Shown: piece after piece, positions 38,496 through 48,127 of the stretch
Layout of the letters: each line of letters begins with the position of its first letter
How positions within the stretch are numbered: position 1 is the first letter of the stretch
From: a virus
Strand: one strand, 5' to 3'
DNA: 64,000 nucleotides
Virus record (IMG/VR): IMGVR_UViG_3300047548_001372
Coordinates: 21,329-85,328 of that record
Notes under the pieces: generated by a model
The model's database searches: none
Told to the model about the DNA's origin: nothing
Seen by the model: the letters and a program-made list of their open reading frames with translations, nothing else
Translations under genes and position numbers: made by a program

Positions 38496-39671
38496 ATGTA
38501 TACACTACACCACGGAGATTGTTTAGAAGTATTACAAACATTACCAGACAACAGTGTTGATTCTATTGTTACTGATCCACCAGCAGGTATTGCATTTATG
38601 AATATGCAGTGGGATAAAGATAAAGGTGGAAGAGATGTTTGGATCGCATGGATGGAGAAAGTAGCAAAACAGTGTTTACGAATTATAAAACCTGGTGGTC
38701 ATGCACTGGTTTGGTCATTGCCTAGAACTAGCCACTGGACTGGTACTGCATGGGAGAATGCTGGATGGGAGCCAAGGGATAAGATCTATTTTCTTTTTGG
38801 AACAGGTTTTCCAAAAAGTATGAATATTGGAAAGCAGATTGATAAAATGCGCGGGGCTATTAAAATACCAATCACAGCACCAGCAACAGAAGAAGCAAAA
38901 CAATGGGATGGTTGGGGTACAGGATTGAAACCAGCATCAGAAGAATGGTGGCTTTTCAGGAAACCTATTTCTGAATCAACTATTACAGACAATGTACTTC
39001 ACTGGGGTACTGGTGGGTTGAATATTGATGGGTGTAGGATTGAACTTGATGATGCCTCCAAAGAGAGGGCTGGTAAGTTGAAGCAGAGAACTAACAAACC
39101 TTCAGGGAGAGGACTTCATCACAATCCTAAATCAGATATTCAAAGAATAAGATTGGATCGAGAGATTGACACTTTTAAGTTGTCTGGTCGATGGCCAGCA
39201 AATGTAGTGCATGATGGTAGTGATGAAGTGGTGGAGATGTTTCCAGATGTAAAAGCTGGTACTGCTGTAAGAAAGAATGTAGGAGTATCTGGAGCTGGTT
39301 GGAAGTCAGTAGGATATGCAGATACAAAAAATGATGTCTCTTATAATGACTCTGGTTCAGCAGCACGCTTCTTTTATGGGGCAAAGGCAAGTGTGCGCGA
39401 TAGGGATGAGGGGTTGAGTAAATCTGATACTACTACTACTCGCGCAAATATTCATCCTACGGTAAAGAGTACTGAGTTGATGCGGTATTTGTGTCGTTTA
39501 ATTACTCCCCCGCACGGAATAGTCCTTGATCCATTTACTGGTAGTGGAAGTACTGGAAAGGGTGCATTGAAAGAAGGTTTCCAGTTTATTGGTATTGAGA
39601 TGGATGAAGAGTATGTTACTATTGCCCGCGCAAGGCTGGAGCATGTACTTCAGCAGAAAGGATCTTCATGA
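38496..39671 (+). CDS. DNA methyltransferase (beta class, DPPA variant)
   Basis: TDPPAG, GFPKS, GRWPANV, HPTVK, LDPFTGSGSTG; start placed at MYTLHHG. Confidence 0.9.
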   Translation: MYTLHHGDCLEVLQTLPDNSVDSIVTDPPAGIAFMNMQWDKDKGGRDVWIAWMEKVAKQCLRIIKPGGHALVWSLPRTSHWTGTAWENAGWEPRDKIYFLFGTGFPKSMNIGKQIDKMRGAIKIPITAPATEEAKQWDGWGTGLKPASEEWWLFRKPISESTITDNVLHWGTGGLNIDGCRIELDDASKERAGKLKQRTNKPSGRGLHHNPKSDIQRIRLDREIDTFKLSGRWPANVVHDGSDEVVEMFPDVKAGTAVRKNVGVSGAGWKSVGYADTKNDVSYNDSGSAARFFYGAKASVRDRDEGLSKSDTTTTRANIHPTVKSTELMRYLCRLITPPHGIVLDPFTGSGSTGKGALKEGFQFIGIEMDEEYVTIARARLEHVLQQKGSS

Positions 39672-40606
39672 GCTTTTATGCAGACTTTGAAGATGTGATG
39701 ATCGTTCCAACGTTTAGCCATCTAACAAGTAGGAAAGATGCAGAACTTACTGTTACGTATAAGTTTCCTTATTCAATGTATCCATTTACTGGTGTTCCAA
39801 TTGTAGCTTCAAATATGGATGGTGTTGGTACTCCTCAGATGGCTGAAGCACTAGCATCACATGGTATGCTTACGTGTCTTACAAAGTCATATACAAGCCC
39901 CGCACATGGAATACGAACATTTGGCTTACGCGAAGGTATTTCAGCGGTAGAGCAGTATATTCTACAACATAATCCAGAAATAATCTGTCTTGATGTAGCA
40001 AATGGGTATATGAGTACATTTGTAGACTTTGTACGCAGTGCGCGGAATGTGTATAATGGAACAATCATTGCAGGAAACGTTGTAACTCCCTCAGGAGTAG
40101 AAGCACTAGCCAATGCTGGTGCAGATATTGTAAAAATTGGTATTGGATCTGGGAGCATGTGTACTACCAGGTTAAAGGCTGGTGTGGGTGTTCCACAACT
40201 CACAGCAATTATTACATGCGCTGAAGCACATCTAGGAGTACATCTTATGAGCGATGGAGGATGTAGAAATCCTGGTGATGTAGTAAAAGCATTTGCTGCT
40301 GGTGCATCTTTTGTGATGCTTGGTGGAATGTTTGCAGGTCATACAGAGGGTGGGCATGTGCAAGGAGATCCATTCTACGGAATGTCTAGTCATGTGGCTA
40401 TGGAAAAGCATTATGGTGGTGTTGATGACTATCGTACATCGGAGGGAAGAGTAGCGCTTATCGATCATAAAGGATCAGTACATGATACAGTGCGTGATAT
40501 TCTTGGTGGGTTGAGGAGTGGGATGTCATACATCGGCGCACGCACAATTCCAGAGATTAAACAAAAAGCACGATTTATTCAAGTTAATCGACAGGTTAAT
40601 CATTAG
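39668..40606 (+). CDS. guaC: GMP reductase (IMPDH/GMPR family, no CBS domain)
   Basis: ASNMDGVG, DVANGY, KIGIGSGSMCTTR, SDGG, FYGMSS, YRTSEG. Confidence 0.88.
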   Translation: MSFYADFEDVMIVPTFSHLTSRKDAELTVTYKFPYSMYPFTGVPIVASNMDGVGTPQMAEALASHGMLTCLTKSYTSPAHGIRTFGLREGISAVEQYILQHNPEIICLDVANGYMSTFVDFVRSARNVYNGTIIAGNVVTPSGVEALANAGADIVKIGIGSGSMCTTRLKAGVGVPQLTAIITCAEAHLGVHLMSDGGCRNPGDVVKAFAAGASFVMLGGMFAGHTEGGHVQGDPFYGMSSHVAMEKHYGGVDDYRTSEGRVALIDHKGSVHDTVRDILGGLRSGMSYIGARTIPEIKQKARFIQVNRQVNH

Positions 40607-40616
40607 GAGGCTGTCT

Positions 40617-40841
40617 ATGCCAATGCCTAAACCGCGTCCACGAGAGAATGAGCAGGATTTTATTACACGCTGTATGGGAAATGATACCATGGTAACTGAT
40701 TTTCCAGAGAACAATCAGCGTGCTGCGGTGTGCTACCAGCAGTGGAGGGATAGACGTCGTCCACGTAGCCCTGCTGAAAAGACTGAGGCGAAAGCTCCTT
40801 CACGCTTTGATAGTTTGAATACTGGTGAAGTTGATCAATGA
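40617..40841 (+). CDS. Small phage protein (MPxPxPxxxExxxxFIxRCM type)
   Basis: AGGAGG RBS; MPMPKPRPRENEQDFITRCM...QRAAVCYQQW, a motif often seen near head genes. Confidence 0.75.
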   Translation: MPMPKPRPRENEQDFITRCMGNDTMVTDFPENNQRAAVCYQQWRDRRRPRSPAEKTEAKAPSRFDSLNTGEVDQ

Positions 40842-40855
40842 CAGTAATTTTTGAT

Positions 40856-40896
40856 AAAAAACATCCTCTTATATAGATAGGAGGATGTTTTTTTTT
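40856..40896 (+). terminator. Intrinsic (possibly bidirectional) terminator
   Basis: AAAAAACATCCTC-loop-GAGGATGTTTTTTTTT. Confidence 0.8.
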
Positions 40897-40985
40897 ATTT
40901 AGTTTGTACATAGTTTACAAGCAGTTTACACCTACTTTACAGATAGTTTACGTATACTTTGTGCAATGTTTACCAAGGATATACT

Positions 40986-41777
40986 ATGGGAAGAAGAAAA
41001 ATTACTCAAACACAGCAGACACAAGCTCCTCAACCAGCTGTGCGCGTGACAGAAAAAGAAGAAAAACCAACACCACCACAATTCAGTACACTTACAAAAG
41101 ATCAAATTATCGAAGAGTATAAACGATCGTACGACATCGATAACCTAACAACACCAAATGATAGAGCTAATCTTGATACGATGATTATGAACGCATTAGC
41201 TATTCGATCACTACAAGAAAAGCTCTTAGAGTTAGCAGTAGAAAACGTTATTGATAATGCTTCTGATATTAAACGCATCAATGACAGTATTCGCGATCTT
41301 ACACAAACCAATCTTGCTATTGAACGACAGTTAAGTATTGATCGCAAGACAAGAAGGTCAGAATCTGAACAATCAGTACTTGAATATATTAACTGGTTAA
41401 AAGATGCAGCATCAGAGTTTCTCAGCGATACTCCACGTCTCACAAAGATCTCTTGTAAGCGCTGTAATATTATGGTTGGCAGAATTAGCGGTGTGTATGA
41501 TACCACATTCTTTTCTGCGGAGTTTCAATGTCCACAATGTAAAAAACATATCTATATTCGTAGAGATGAGCGTGACACATTCTATGACATCAGAGATCCA
41601 GATTGGCGTAGAAAGTATCCTATTGAAATTATTCAGCCAAATAACGCTATCCTGGATGCACCGTTGGATACTGCATTAGTAGAAGATGATGTGGTTATTA
41701 GTAATACGGTACAGGATGTTACAGAGTATGAGGATAAGGTAGTTGAGGTTTTTAGTGAGCCGCGCACACAGGAATAA
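40986..41777 (+). CDS. Probable terminase small subunit / Zn-ribbon protein
   Basis: Directly upstream of TerL; helical core ending LSIDRKTR, CKRC...CPQC; start placed at MGRRK. Confidence 0.55.
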   Translation: MGRRKITQTQQTQAPQPAVRVTEKEEKPTPPQFSTLTKDQIIEEYKRSYDIDNLTTPNDRANLDTMIMNALAIRSLQEKLLELAVENVIDNASDIKRINDSIRDLTQTNLAIERQLSIDRKTRRSESEQSVLEYINWLKDAASEFLSDTPRLTKISCKRCNIMVGRISGVYDTTFFSAEFQCPQCKKHIYIRRDERDTFYDIRDPDWRRKYPIEIIQPNNAILDAPLDTALVEDDVVISNTVQDVTEYEDKVVEVFSEPRTQE

Positions 41778-41779
41778 CT

Positions 41780-44359
41780 ATGCCTATACGAAAAAAATTA
41801 GATGAAAAGGATTTAGATCTTTTAGAAGTACTAGAAGATGAAGTTTGGCTAACTGAGTTTTTACGCAATACATCAGACGGTGAACATAACCGTGCACTTT
41901 GGCCAGCACAACCATGGAAGTATCGAGACTATCAAAAACAACTACTTACTGATAAATCAAAATACATCTCACTTACTGGGGGACGTGCTATTGGTAAGTG
42001 TGAGCCTGGTGAAGCAAAGATCCTTACCGTAGGGCGTGGATATATGATGTTGAAAGATCTGGTGAAAGAAACATCATTTCCAGTGTATGCACTAGATCAA
42101 TACTCTAATCTTGTTCAGCGTAGAGCACGAGTTACACCAGATGACATGGCTCCAGTAAAAAAGATTTATACTCGTGCGGGGCATTTAATACACGTCACAG
42201 CAGAACATCCAATCCTTACACCAGATGGATGGGTAAAAGCAGAAAATATTGATGTAGGATCGTTGGTTGGTGTATTGACACAAATACCCAACGATATGAT
42301 CAGTCAAACATTTGCCTGGCATGAATTACGGTTTTTTGGATATATCTTACTAGATCCTCCATTGCGCGAAAGTACTGTTTTTGTACCAAAGTATAAAAAG
42401 ATTGGAGAAGAGTTTAAGTACATCTGTTCTCTTTTACCAGTAGATGTATTTCCTCGTGAGAATGGGTTTGGTGTGCGTAGGATTAAAGGTGGGTATTTTT
42501 CTACAATCCGCGCACTTTACAATGATGTAGGTTTTGATGATGACTACGTATTTTCCTTGCGTATGTCAAGTATGCCAGAGCTGCTACTGTTAGAATGTAA
42601 AGAAAATCTTAAAGTATTTCTTGAAGCGCTGTTTGCTCAATTTGCAGAAGTATCTGCGCGGGAGATTAGTATATTTACACGCTACGAATCACTCACTTTT
42701 GCACTACAAACAATGCTCTTGCGTTTTGGCATTGAATCACGTATTACTACAAAAGACGAACCAAATAGTTATACTCTGGAAATACTTGATTACGAGAACG
42801 TGTATGATTTCTGGAAAACATTCACATTACCTGGTGTATCTGTTGATCAGTTAGAAGAGCCTGTACGTAAAGCACGAGTAAATGCACATCTTCGGTATGA
42901 TGAGGTAGTGTATGTGGATATGCCAATATATCCAGTACAAACATACGCTGTCCATGTGCGCGAAGATAATAACTACATCTCCAGTAACATCTACGTACAC
43001 AACACCGTAGTACTTGAAGATAAAATTATTTATGAAGTAGTAAACTATGAGCGTGAGTTTCCTGTTACACCAGAGCAGGTACTTACCACAGCGAACCAGT
43101 CGCAGATGCAGCCATTGCTGTCAAAACTTATACAACGTTTTACTTCAAGTCCATTACTAAAACATTATTTACAAAACAATGTAAATAAACAAGATGGTAC
43201 GATGAGGTTTCCTGCACGAAGTAAACCATTTACGTTTTACTTTCGTATTGCAGGTAGTAAAGGCGAAAACAACGTTGTAGGACTTCACGTACCTAAAGTA
43301 AAGATTGATGAAGCACAACTGTACCCACCAAATGCGTACACACAACTGCTTCCGATTATTAACTACTGGGAACCTAAAACACAACTTCTTATTACTGGGG
43401 TGTCAAATGGTTTACGTAATTCAGTATTGTATTTAGTAGATCAGAAAGATCCGAAGTTTAAGAAATATCGTATTCCCTCGCACAATAACCCATTCTACTC
43501 ACGAGAACAAGATCTGCAAAACTTACGTGATTGGGGTGGTGAGAACGATGATCGCTATGTTCAGCTTGTGCTTGGTAGACATGGATCGGCTGCATTTCAA
43601 ATCCTTACCAGAGATGATTTTAAAGTAGAAAGTTTTCCATTTCATAACTATCGATACCAAAGTAATCAGAAGATGAAAGGTATCCACTATCATGAGGTAC
43701 TAGGTACACCTGCTATTCCAGAATCAATTCAGCTTGTAATGGCTATTGATACAGGATTTGTTGATCCTACCATTATTCAGCTTATTGGTATGGATAAGTA
43801 TCATATCTGGAGAACTTATTGTAGGTATCAACTTAATCGTATTGACTTTACTGAGCAGCGAAAGATTATTCACTGGTTAGCTACAGAATATAATGTACCG
43901 ACAATTGCCATGGATATTGGTGCAGGTGGTGGGGGCGCTGGTATTATGCACGCACTACTTCACGAGGATGAGTACAAAAACGATAATTACAGTCAGCGTA
44001 TTGTACCAGTTATTTTTAATGAAAAGATTGTTGTAGGATTACGTGAATCTGGTGAGGAAGTAGCAGATGATGCAAAATCACATGGTACAAAAGTGCTAGT
44101 GACTGAAGTTCAATCAAGCCGATTAGTATTTAGTGATGTAGATCATGAAGGGATTTCACAACTTGAAAGAATATCGAAACAGAAACTTAGCACTGGAAAA
44201 GATCGTTATTTTGTATTATCCGATCGTGGAAGTGGTGCAGATTCAAATGATCACATTTATGCCAGTTATATTTGTTTTGGTATTGCAATTGACCGTGGTT
44301 TAGTAAAGCCCGCGCAAGCACCACGTAAGTTAGCTTCTGTGTCTGGTGTGTATACGTAA
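41780..44359 (+). CDS. terL: Terminase large subunit (intein-containing)
   Basis: YQKQ, GGRAIGK[intein]T Walker A, KIDEAQ Walker B, nuclease AIDTG, SNDH. Confidence 0.9.
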   Translation: MPIRKKLDEKDLDLLEVLEDEVWLTEFLRNTSDGEHNRALWPAQPWKYRDYQKQLLTDKSKYISLTGGRAIGKCEPGEAKILTVGRGYMMLKDLVKETSFPVYALDQYSNLVQRRARVTPDDMAPVKKIYTRAGHLIHVTAEHPILTPDGWVKAENIDVGSLVGVLTQIPNDMISQTFAWHELRFFGYILLDPPLRESTVFVPKYKKIGEEFKYICSLLPVDVFPRENGFGVRRIKGGYFSTIRALYNDVGFDDDYVFSLRMSSMPELLLLECKENLKVFLEALFAQFAEVSAREISIFTRYESLTFALQTMLLRFGIESRITTKDEPNSYTLEILDYENVYDFWKTFTLPGVSVDQLEEPVRKARVNAHLRYDEVVYVDMPIYPVQTYAVHVREDNNYISSNIYVHNTVVLEDKIIYEVVNYEREFPVTPEQVLTTANQSQMQPLLSKLIQRFTSSPLLKHYLQNNVNKQDGTMRFPARSKPFTFYFRIAGSKGENNVVGLHVPKVKIDEAQLYPPNAYTQLLPIINYWEPKTQLLITGVSNGLRNSVLYLVDQKDPKFKKYRIPSHNNPFYSREQDLQNLRDWGGENDDRYVQLVLGRHGSAAFQILTRDDFKVESFPFHNYRYQSNQKMKGIHYHEVLGTPAIPESIQLVMAIDTGFVDPTIIQLIGMDKYHIWRTYCRYQLNRIDFTEQRKIIHWLATEYNVPTIAMDIGAGGGGAGIMHALLHEDEYKNDNYSQRIVPVIFNEKIVVGLRESGEEVADDAKSHGTKVLVTEVQSSRLVFSDVDHEGISQLERISKQKLSTGKDRYFVLSDRGSGADSNDHIYASYICFGIAIDRGLVKPAQAPRKLASVSGVYT
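41999..43003 (+). mobile_element. Intein (335 aa) in the TerL Walker A motif, with degenerate LAGLIDADG domain
   Basis: Starts CEPGEA after GK, block B VTAEHPIL, ends IYVHN before +1 Thr; LLRFGI endonuclease remnant. Confidence 0.92.
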
Positions 44360-44408
44360 TAAGGTTTTATGTGTGCGCACACAGTAAATACCATAAAGAC
44401 TATGATAT

Positions 44409-45902
44409 ATGAATAATGATACACCAAAACGAGTAGCAAAGGCTTCATACTTTACAAGCTATCTTGCTACACAACCAATTTATACTCCTCCAGTAAATAA
44501 ATCACTTATTTCTGGATACTATAATCCGTCAGTAAAACTGTTTGACTACCATGAACTTATCAAAGTATGTCGATGGTTTTACACATTTGATCCCATTGCA
44601 GGAACAGTTATCGAACGCATGGCTGATATGTCAGTTACAGAAATTCGTAACCGTAGAAAAGGTAAGCGTAATACTGCACCAGTTGATGATACAACACTTG
44701 CATACTACAATGCTATTGCAAAGCGTATTCGTCCGCTGATTAAAGCCATGGCTCTTGAGTATTTTATTCACGGGCTTGCAGTACCAGATTACACATTTGA
44801 ACGTGTGCGAGGTGATCTGTTATCAGAGCATCTTGGTAGGCGTCGTGTATGGGCTCCTGCAAAGGCTTGGGTGCGTAATCCAGAGAATATTGTACTTGAA
44901 CGTAAACCTGCTGGATTAGATCGTGCAGTATTTCTTAAAATCCCATCACAAGATATTTCTTTTGTAAAAAACAAAGGATATTATGAAGATGGGAACTACG
45001 ATCCAGAAACATACCAGAAACTTCTTCGAGAGTTTCCAGAATATGTGCGTGCAATTGAAAGCGGAAAAACAACTATCCTGCTAGAAAATGTACGCCCAAT
45101 TCTCCGTAAAATTACCAGCTATAATGAATATCCTTCACCATTCTTGACAAAAGCAATTAAAGCACTTCAGCATAAAGAAGCTATTAAACAGATGGATAGA
45201 AGTATTGCTAATCGAGCAATTGAAGCATTACGTCATGTAAAGGTTGGTGATAAGGATTTTCCTGCTGATGATGATGATATTACTTCTGCCCGCGCAGCAC
45301 TAGAACAGAACAGCAGTTCTAGTGAGCGGGTATATAACCTTATTACGCCACACACCTACGACATCCAATGGATTCTACCACCACTAGAAGCATTACTGTC
45401 TCCAGTAAAGTATGATGAGCCTAATGCAGATATTTTCTTAGGCTTAGGCTTTCCCCGTATTCTTACGGTAGGTGAAACATTACGTTCTAACTCTTCTGAC
45501 AGTAAAATTGCTTCACTTGGCCCAAGAGCAACACTGGAAGATCTTCGAGACAGTCTTGTAACATGGCTTGAAGGATTGTACCAAGAGCTTGCAGAGCTGA
45601 ATGGCTTTACTCGCATCCCAGAACCATATCTTACACCAATTCAAACAATGGACTATACTGCATTGGTGCAGTTTGCGGTAAATGCCATGATCGCTGGTGG
45701 TATTAGTAAGAATGATCTTGCACAGCTCTACGGAACAGATTATGATACGGTGCAATCACAGCTAGAGATTGAACAAGGTGGTATTACTCCAACACCACCA
45801 GATACAAACACAGATACAAATACTGCGGGAGATACAGAAAATGACCAATCAGAACCAGAACCAGAGTCAACAGACACCGAGACAAACACTCAAGAATCCT
45901 GA
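44409..45902 (+). CDS. Portal protein
   Basis: 497 aa right after TerL; CRWFYTFDPIAGTVIE, IFLGLGFPRIL, acidic disordered tail. Confidence 0.8.
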   Translation: MNNDTPKRVAKASYFTSYLATQPIYTPPVNKSLISGYYNPSVKLFDYHELIKVCRWFYTFDPIAGTVIERMADMSVTEIRNRRKGKRNTAPVDDTTLAYYNAIAKRIRPLIKAMALEYFIHGLAVPDYTFERVRGDLLSEHLGRRRVWAPAKAWVRNPENIVLERKPAGLDRAVFLKIPSQDISFVKNKGYYEDGNYDPETYQKLLREFPEYVRAIESGKTTILLENVRPILRKITSYNEYPSPFLTKAIKALQHKEAIKQMDRSIANRAIEALRHVKVGDKDFPADDDDITSARAALEQNSSSSERVYNLITPHTYDIQWILPPLEALLSPVKYDEPNADIFLGLGFPRILTVGETLRSNSSDSKIASLGPRATLEDLRDSLVTWLEGLYQELAELNGFTRIPEPYLTPIQTMDYTALVQFAVNAMIAGGISKNDLAQLYGTDYDTVQSQLEIEQGGITPTPPDTNTDTNTAGDTENDQSEPEPESTDTETNTQES

Positions 45903-46635
45903 AATCCTACATTTTCGTACTCCAGAAGTATTTGCTACCTATCTACAAAATAGATCTGCACCAACATGGTTTACAAAGGTATGTATTCATCACACGGCTA
46001 TTCCTACGGTAGTACAATGGCGTGGGCTGTCTACTATGCAAAATATGTTGTACTACTATCGTAGGCTTGGATGGAAGAGCTTTCCTCATATCTTTGTTGC
46101 TCCTGATGGTGTGTGGCAAATGAATAACGTGCTTTTACGTGGCACGCACGCAAACGCAGCAAATACGTTTTCTATTGGAGTAGAAGTAGTAGGTAACTAT
46201 GATACGGGAGTGTGGCAAGAGCCTATCCGCACATATGCTGTGGAAACTATTCAGTTACTTCTTCAATGGAAATCGTTAAACAATCAAGATATTGTATTTC
46301 ATCGATCCTACAATCCTTCAAAATCTTGTCCAGGGAGGGCTATTACACTTCCTTGGGTGCAAGAGCAGCTAAATAACACTACTTCTGAAAATCGTACCTA
46401 CAAAGTAATTACCGATCATGCTCGTATACGTCAAGGCCCAGCAACATCGTATCCAATTGCAGGTAAGCTGATGAGTGGAGATATGTTTATCTCTTCAGCA
46501 GTGAAGGAAGATGAGACAGGGATGCACATTGGTGGAAAGAATACATGGGCGCACATTACAAAAACAGTTAAAGCATCAAACAATGTGGATTCTCTCGGCT
46601 TTGTCCATACAAGCCTTCTTGAACAAATTGGGTAA
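45841..46635 (+). CDS. Endolysin: N-acetylmuramoyl-L-alanine amidase + SH3-like domain
   Basis: CIHHTA, GTHA, SIGVEVVG, FHR, KSCPG; C-terminal ARIRQGP; ATG at 45841 with GGAG overlaps the portal 3' end. Confidence 0.9.
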   Translation: MTNQNQNQSQQTPRQTLKNPEILHFRTPEVFATYLQNRSAPTWFTKVCIHHTAIPTVVQWRGLSTMQNMLYYYRRLGWKSFPHIFVAPDGVWQMNNVLLRGTHANAANTFSIGVEVVGNYDTGVWQEPIRTYAVETIQLLLQWKSLNNQDIVFHRSYNPSKSCPGRAITLPWVQEQLNNTTSENRTYKVITDHARIRQGPATSYPIAGKLMSGDMFISSAVKEDETGMHIGGKNTWAHITKTVKASNNVDSLGFVHTSLLEQIG

Positions 46636-46644
46636 AGTAAGACT

Positions 46645-46989
46645 ATGACAGATCCTTCTGCCGTTCTTGCTGCTATACGTGATGTAGGGCTAGCAGCAGT
46701 AATCATCCTCCTTTCACTATGGGGGATTTGGAAGGTTATCATTCCGGCAATTATTGATCAGCAACAGCAACAGACTGACTTCTATGTAGCGGAGATTAAA
46801 TCTTTGAGACAAGAAGCTCGCGAAGATAAACAACGAATGTTTGAAGCGTTTAATCAAAACTCTGAAGTAAATAAAGCTCTACAAGCTGCGCTTAATAACA
46901 TTAGCGCGCAACTAGTAGAACTCTCTCGTGATGTGGTGGCTCTTCAAGAAAAAGTAGACAGTATTAGTAAGGAGCAAACTAATGTTTGA
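46645..46989 (+). CDS. Holin-like membrane protein (1 TM + coiled coil)
   Basis: N-terminal hydrophobic helix, follows the endolysin. Confidence 0.65.
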   Translation: MTDPSAVLAAIRDVGLAAVIILLSLWGIWKVIIPAIIDQQQQQTDFYVAEIKSLRQEAREDKQRMFEAFNQNSEVNKALQAALNNISAQLVELSRDVVALQEKVDSISKEQTNV

Positions 46990-47305
46990 TTTTTCTACCA
47001 TGACCGCGCAAGATGTAGTGCTTGTCGTCTCTCCATTCCTTTCGGTTATTGCTACCTATATTATTGCTCGTGAAGACTGGTCTAAACAAGTAAAAGCGGC
47101 AGTAGCATTTATTATTTCAGCACTCTTTGCAGCCCTTGTAGCATACAGTGAAGGATCACTAGTAGATAATTTCTGGGATAACTTTGTCCTTGTGTACACT
47201 ATTGCTCAAGGTATTTACTGGTCAGTGTTTAAGGGAATTGGGCTAGAGAAGTATCTAGCAAAGCCTCAAGCTGAAGCATCTGCAAAAGAGCCTCTTGACA
47301 AATAG
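46982..47305 (+). CDS. Holin
   Basis: 107 aa, about 3 hydrophobic helices, charged C-terminus. Confidence 0.7.
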   Translation: MFDFSTMTAQDVVLVVSPFLSVIATYIIAREDWSKQVKAAVAFIISALFAALVAYSEGSLVDNFWDNFVLVYTIAQGIYWSVFKGIGLEKYLAKPQAEASAKEPLDK

Positions 47306-47323
47306 GTAATGTTGTGGTATAGT
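47295..47323 (+). promoter_or_regulatory. Sigma70/SigA promoter for the modification operon
   Basis: TTGACA-17 nt-TATAGT with extended TG. Confidence 0.85.
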
Positions 47324-47372
47324 GGGTGTGTGAAATGCACATCTACTATACCAAAAACTTTTAGGAGTAATT

Positions 47373-48107
47373 ATGTTTAATATTCTTTGTTATGGTGGAG
47401 GAGTACAAACGGTAGCGATGTGTGTACTCGTTGCACAAGGCCGTCTAGAGCGACCAGATGCCATCATCGTCGCGGACACAGGCCGTGAGATGCCCACGAC
47501 TTGGGAGTATCTCGACGGCTACGCTAGGCCGCTGATGGCGCAGGTTGGCCTAGAGATCCACCGCGCAGGGCACGAACTTGCCACGGTGGATGTGTACGGT
47601 AAAAACGGTGATTTACTTATTCCTGTGTTTACCGAAACTGGAAAATTTAATTCATTCTGTAGTGGAGAGTGGAAGGACAGAGTTGTAGGACGTTACGCAG
47701 TACAAGTGTTAGGTGCTCCATCACACACTCATATCGATTGGATTGGATTTTCACTAGAGGAAAAACGAAGGGTCAAAAGTCACGACGGGAGACGCTACCC
47801 ACTCTTAGAGTTGATGCTTACGCGCTCCGACTGTGAACAGATCATTAAAAATACTGGATTACCTCTTCCAAATAAAAGTCGTTGTTGGATGTGCCCGCAT
47901 CAAAGGAATGAGCAGTGGCGCGAAGTGCGAGAGCGCCCCGAGCTATGGAGGCAGGCAATTGTCTTAGAGCAGGAAATTAGAGATAACAATGATCGTGGCG
48001 GTATGTGGTTTCACGGCTCGCGTGTACCACTTAACGAAGCTCCAATTGACGACGAAGGATCTCCTGATATTGTGCGTCAGTGTGGGCTGGGGCTATGTTA
48101 CGTGTGA
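47373..48107 (+). CDS. PP-loop (PAPS reductase-like) protein, second family
   Basis: CYGGGVQT, ADTGRE, FCSGEWK, KSRCWMCP, C-terminal QCGLGLC. Confidence 0.8.
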   Translation: MFNILCYGGGVQTVAMCVLVAQGRLERPDAIIVADTGREMPTTWEYLDGYARPLMAQVGLEIHRAGHELATVDVYGKNGDLLIPVFTETGKFNSFCSGEWKDRVVGRYAVQVLGAPSHTHIDWIGFSLEEKRRVKSHDGRRYPLLELMLTRSDCEQIIKNTGLPLPNKSRCWMCPHQRNEQWREVRERPELWRQAIVLEQEIRDNNDRGGMWFHGSRVPLNEAPIDDEGSPDIVRQCGLGLCYV

Positions 48108-48127
48108 CAGTAATAAAGGATGTGTGT

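Noticed and set aside
33195-40606. Diaminopurine (Z) or 7-deazaguanine pathway suggested by MazG, GMP reductase and PP-loop genes
   Set aside because: No PurZ, DatZ, FolE, QueD, QueE or DpdA recognised, and the PP-loop proteins lack the QueC SGGxDS signature.
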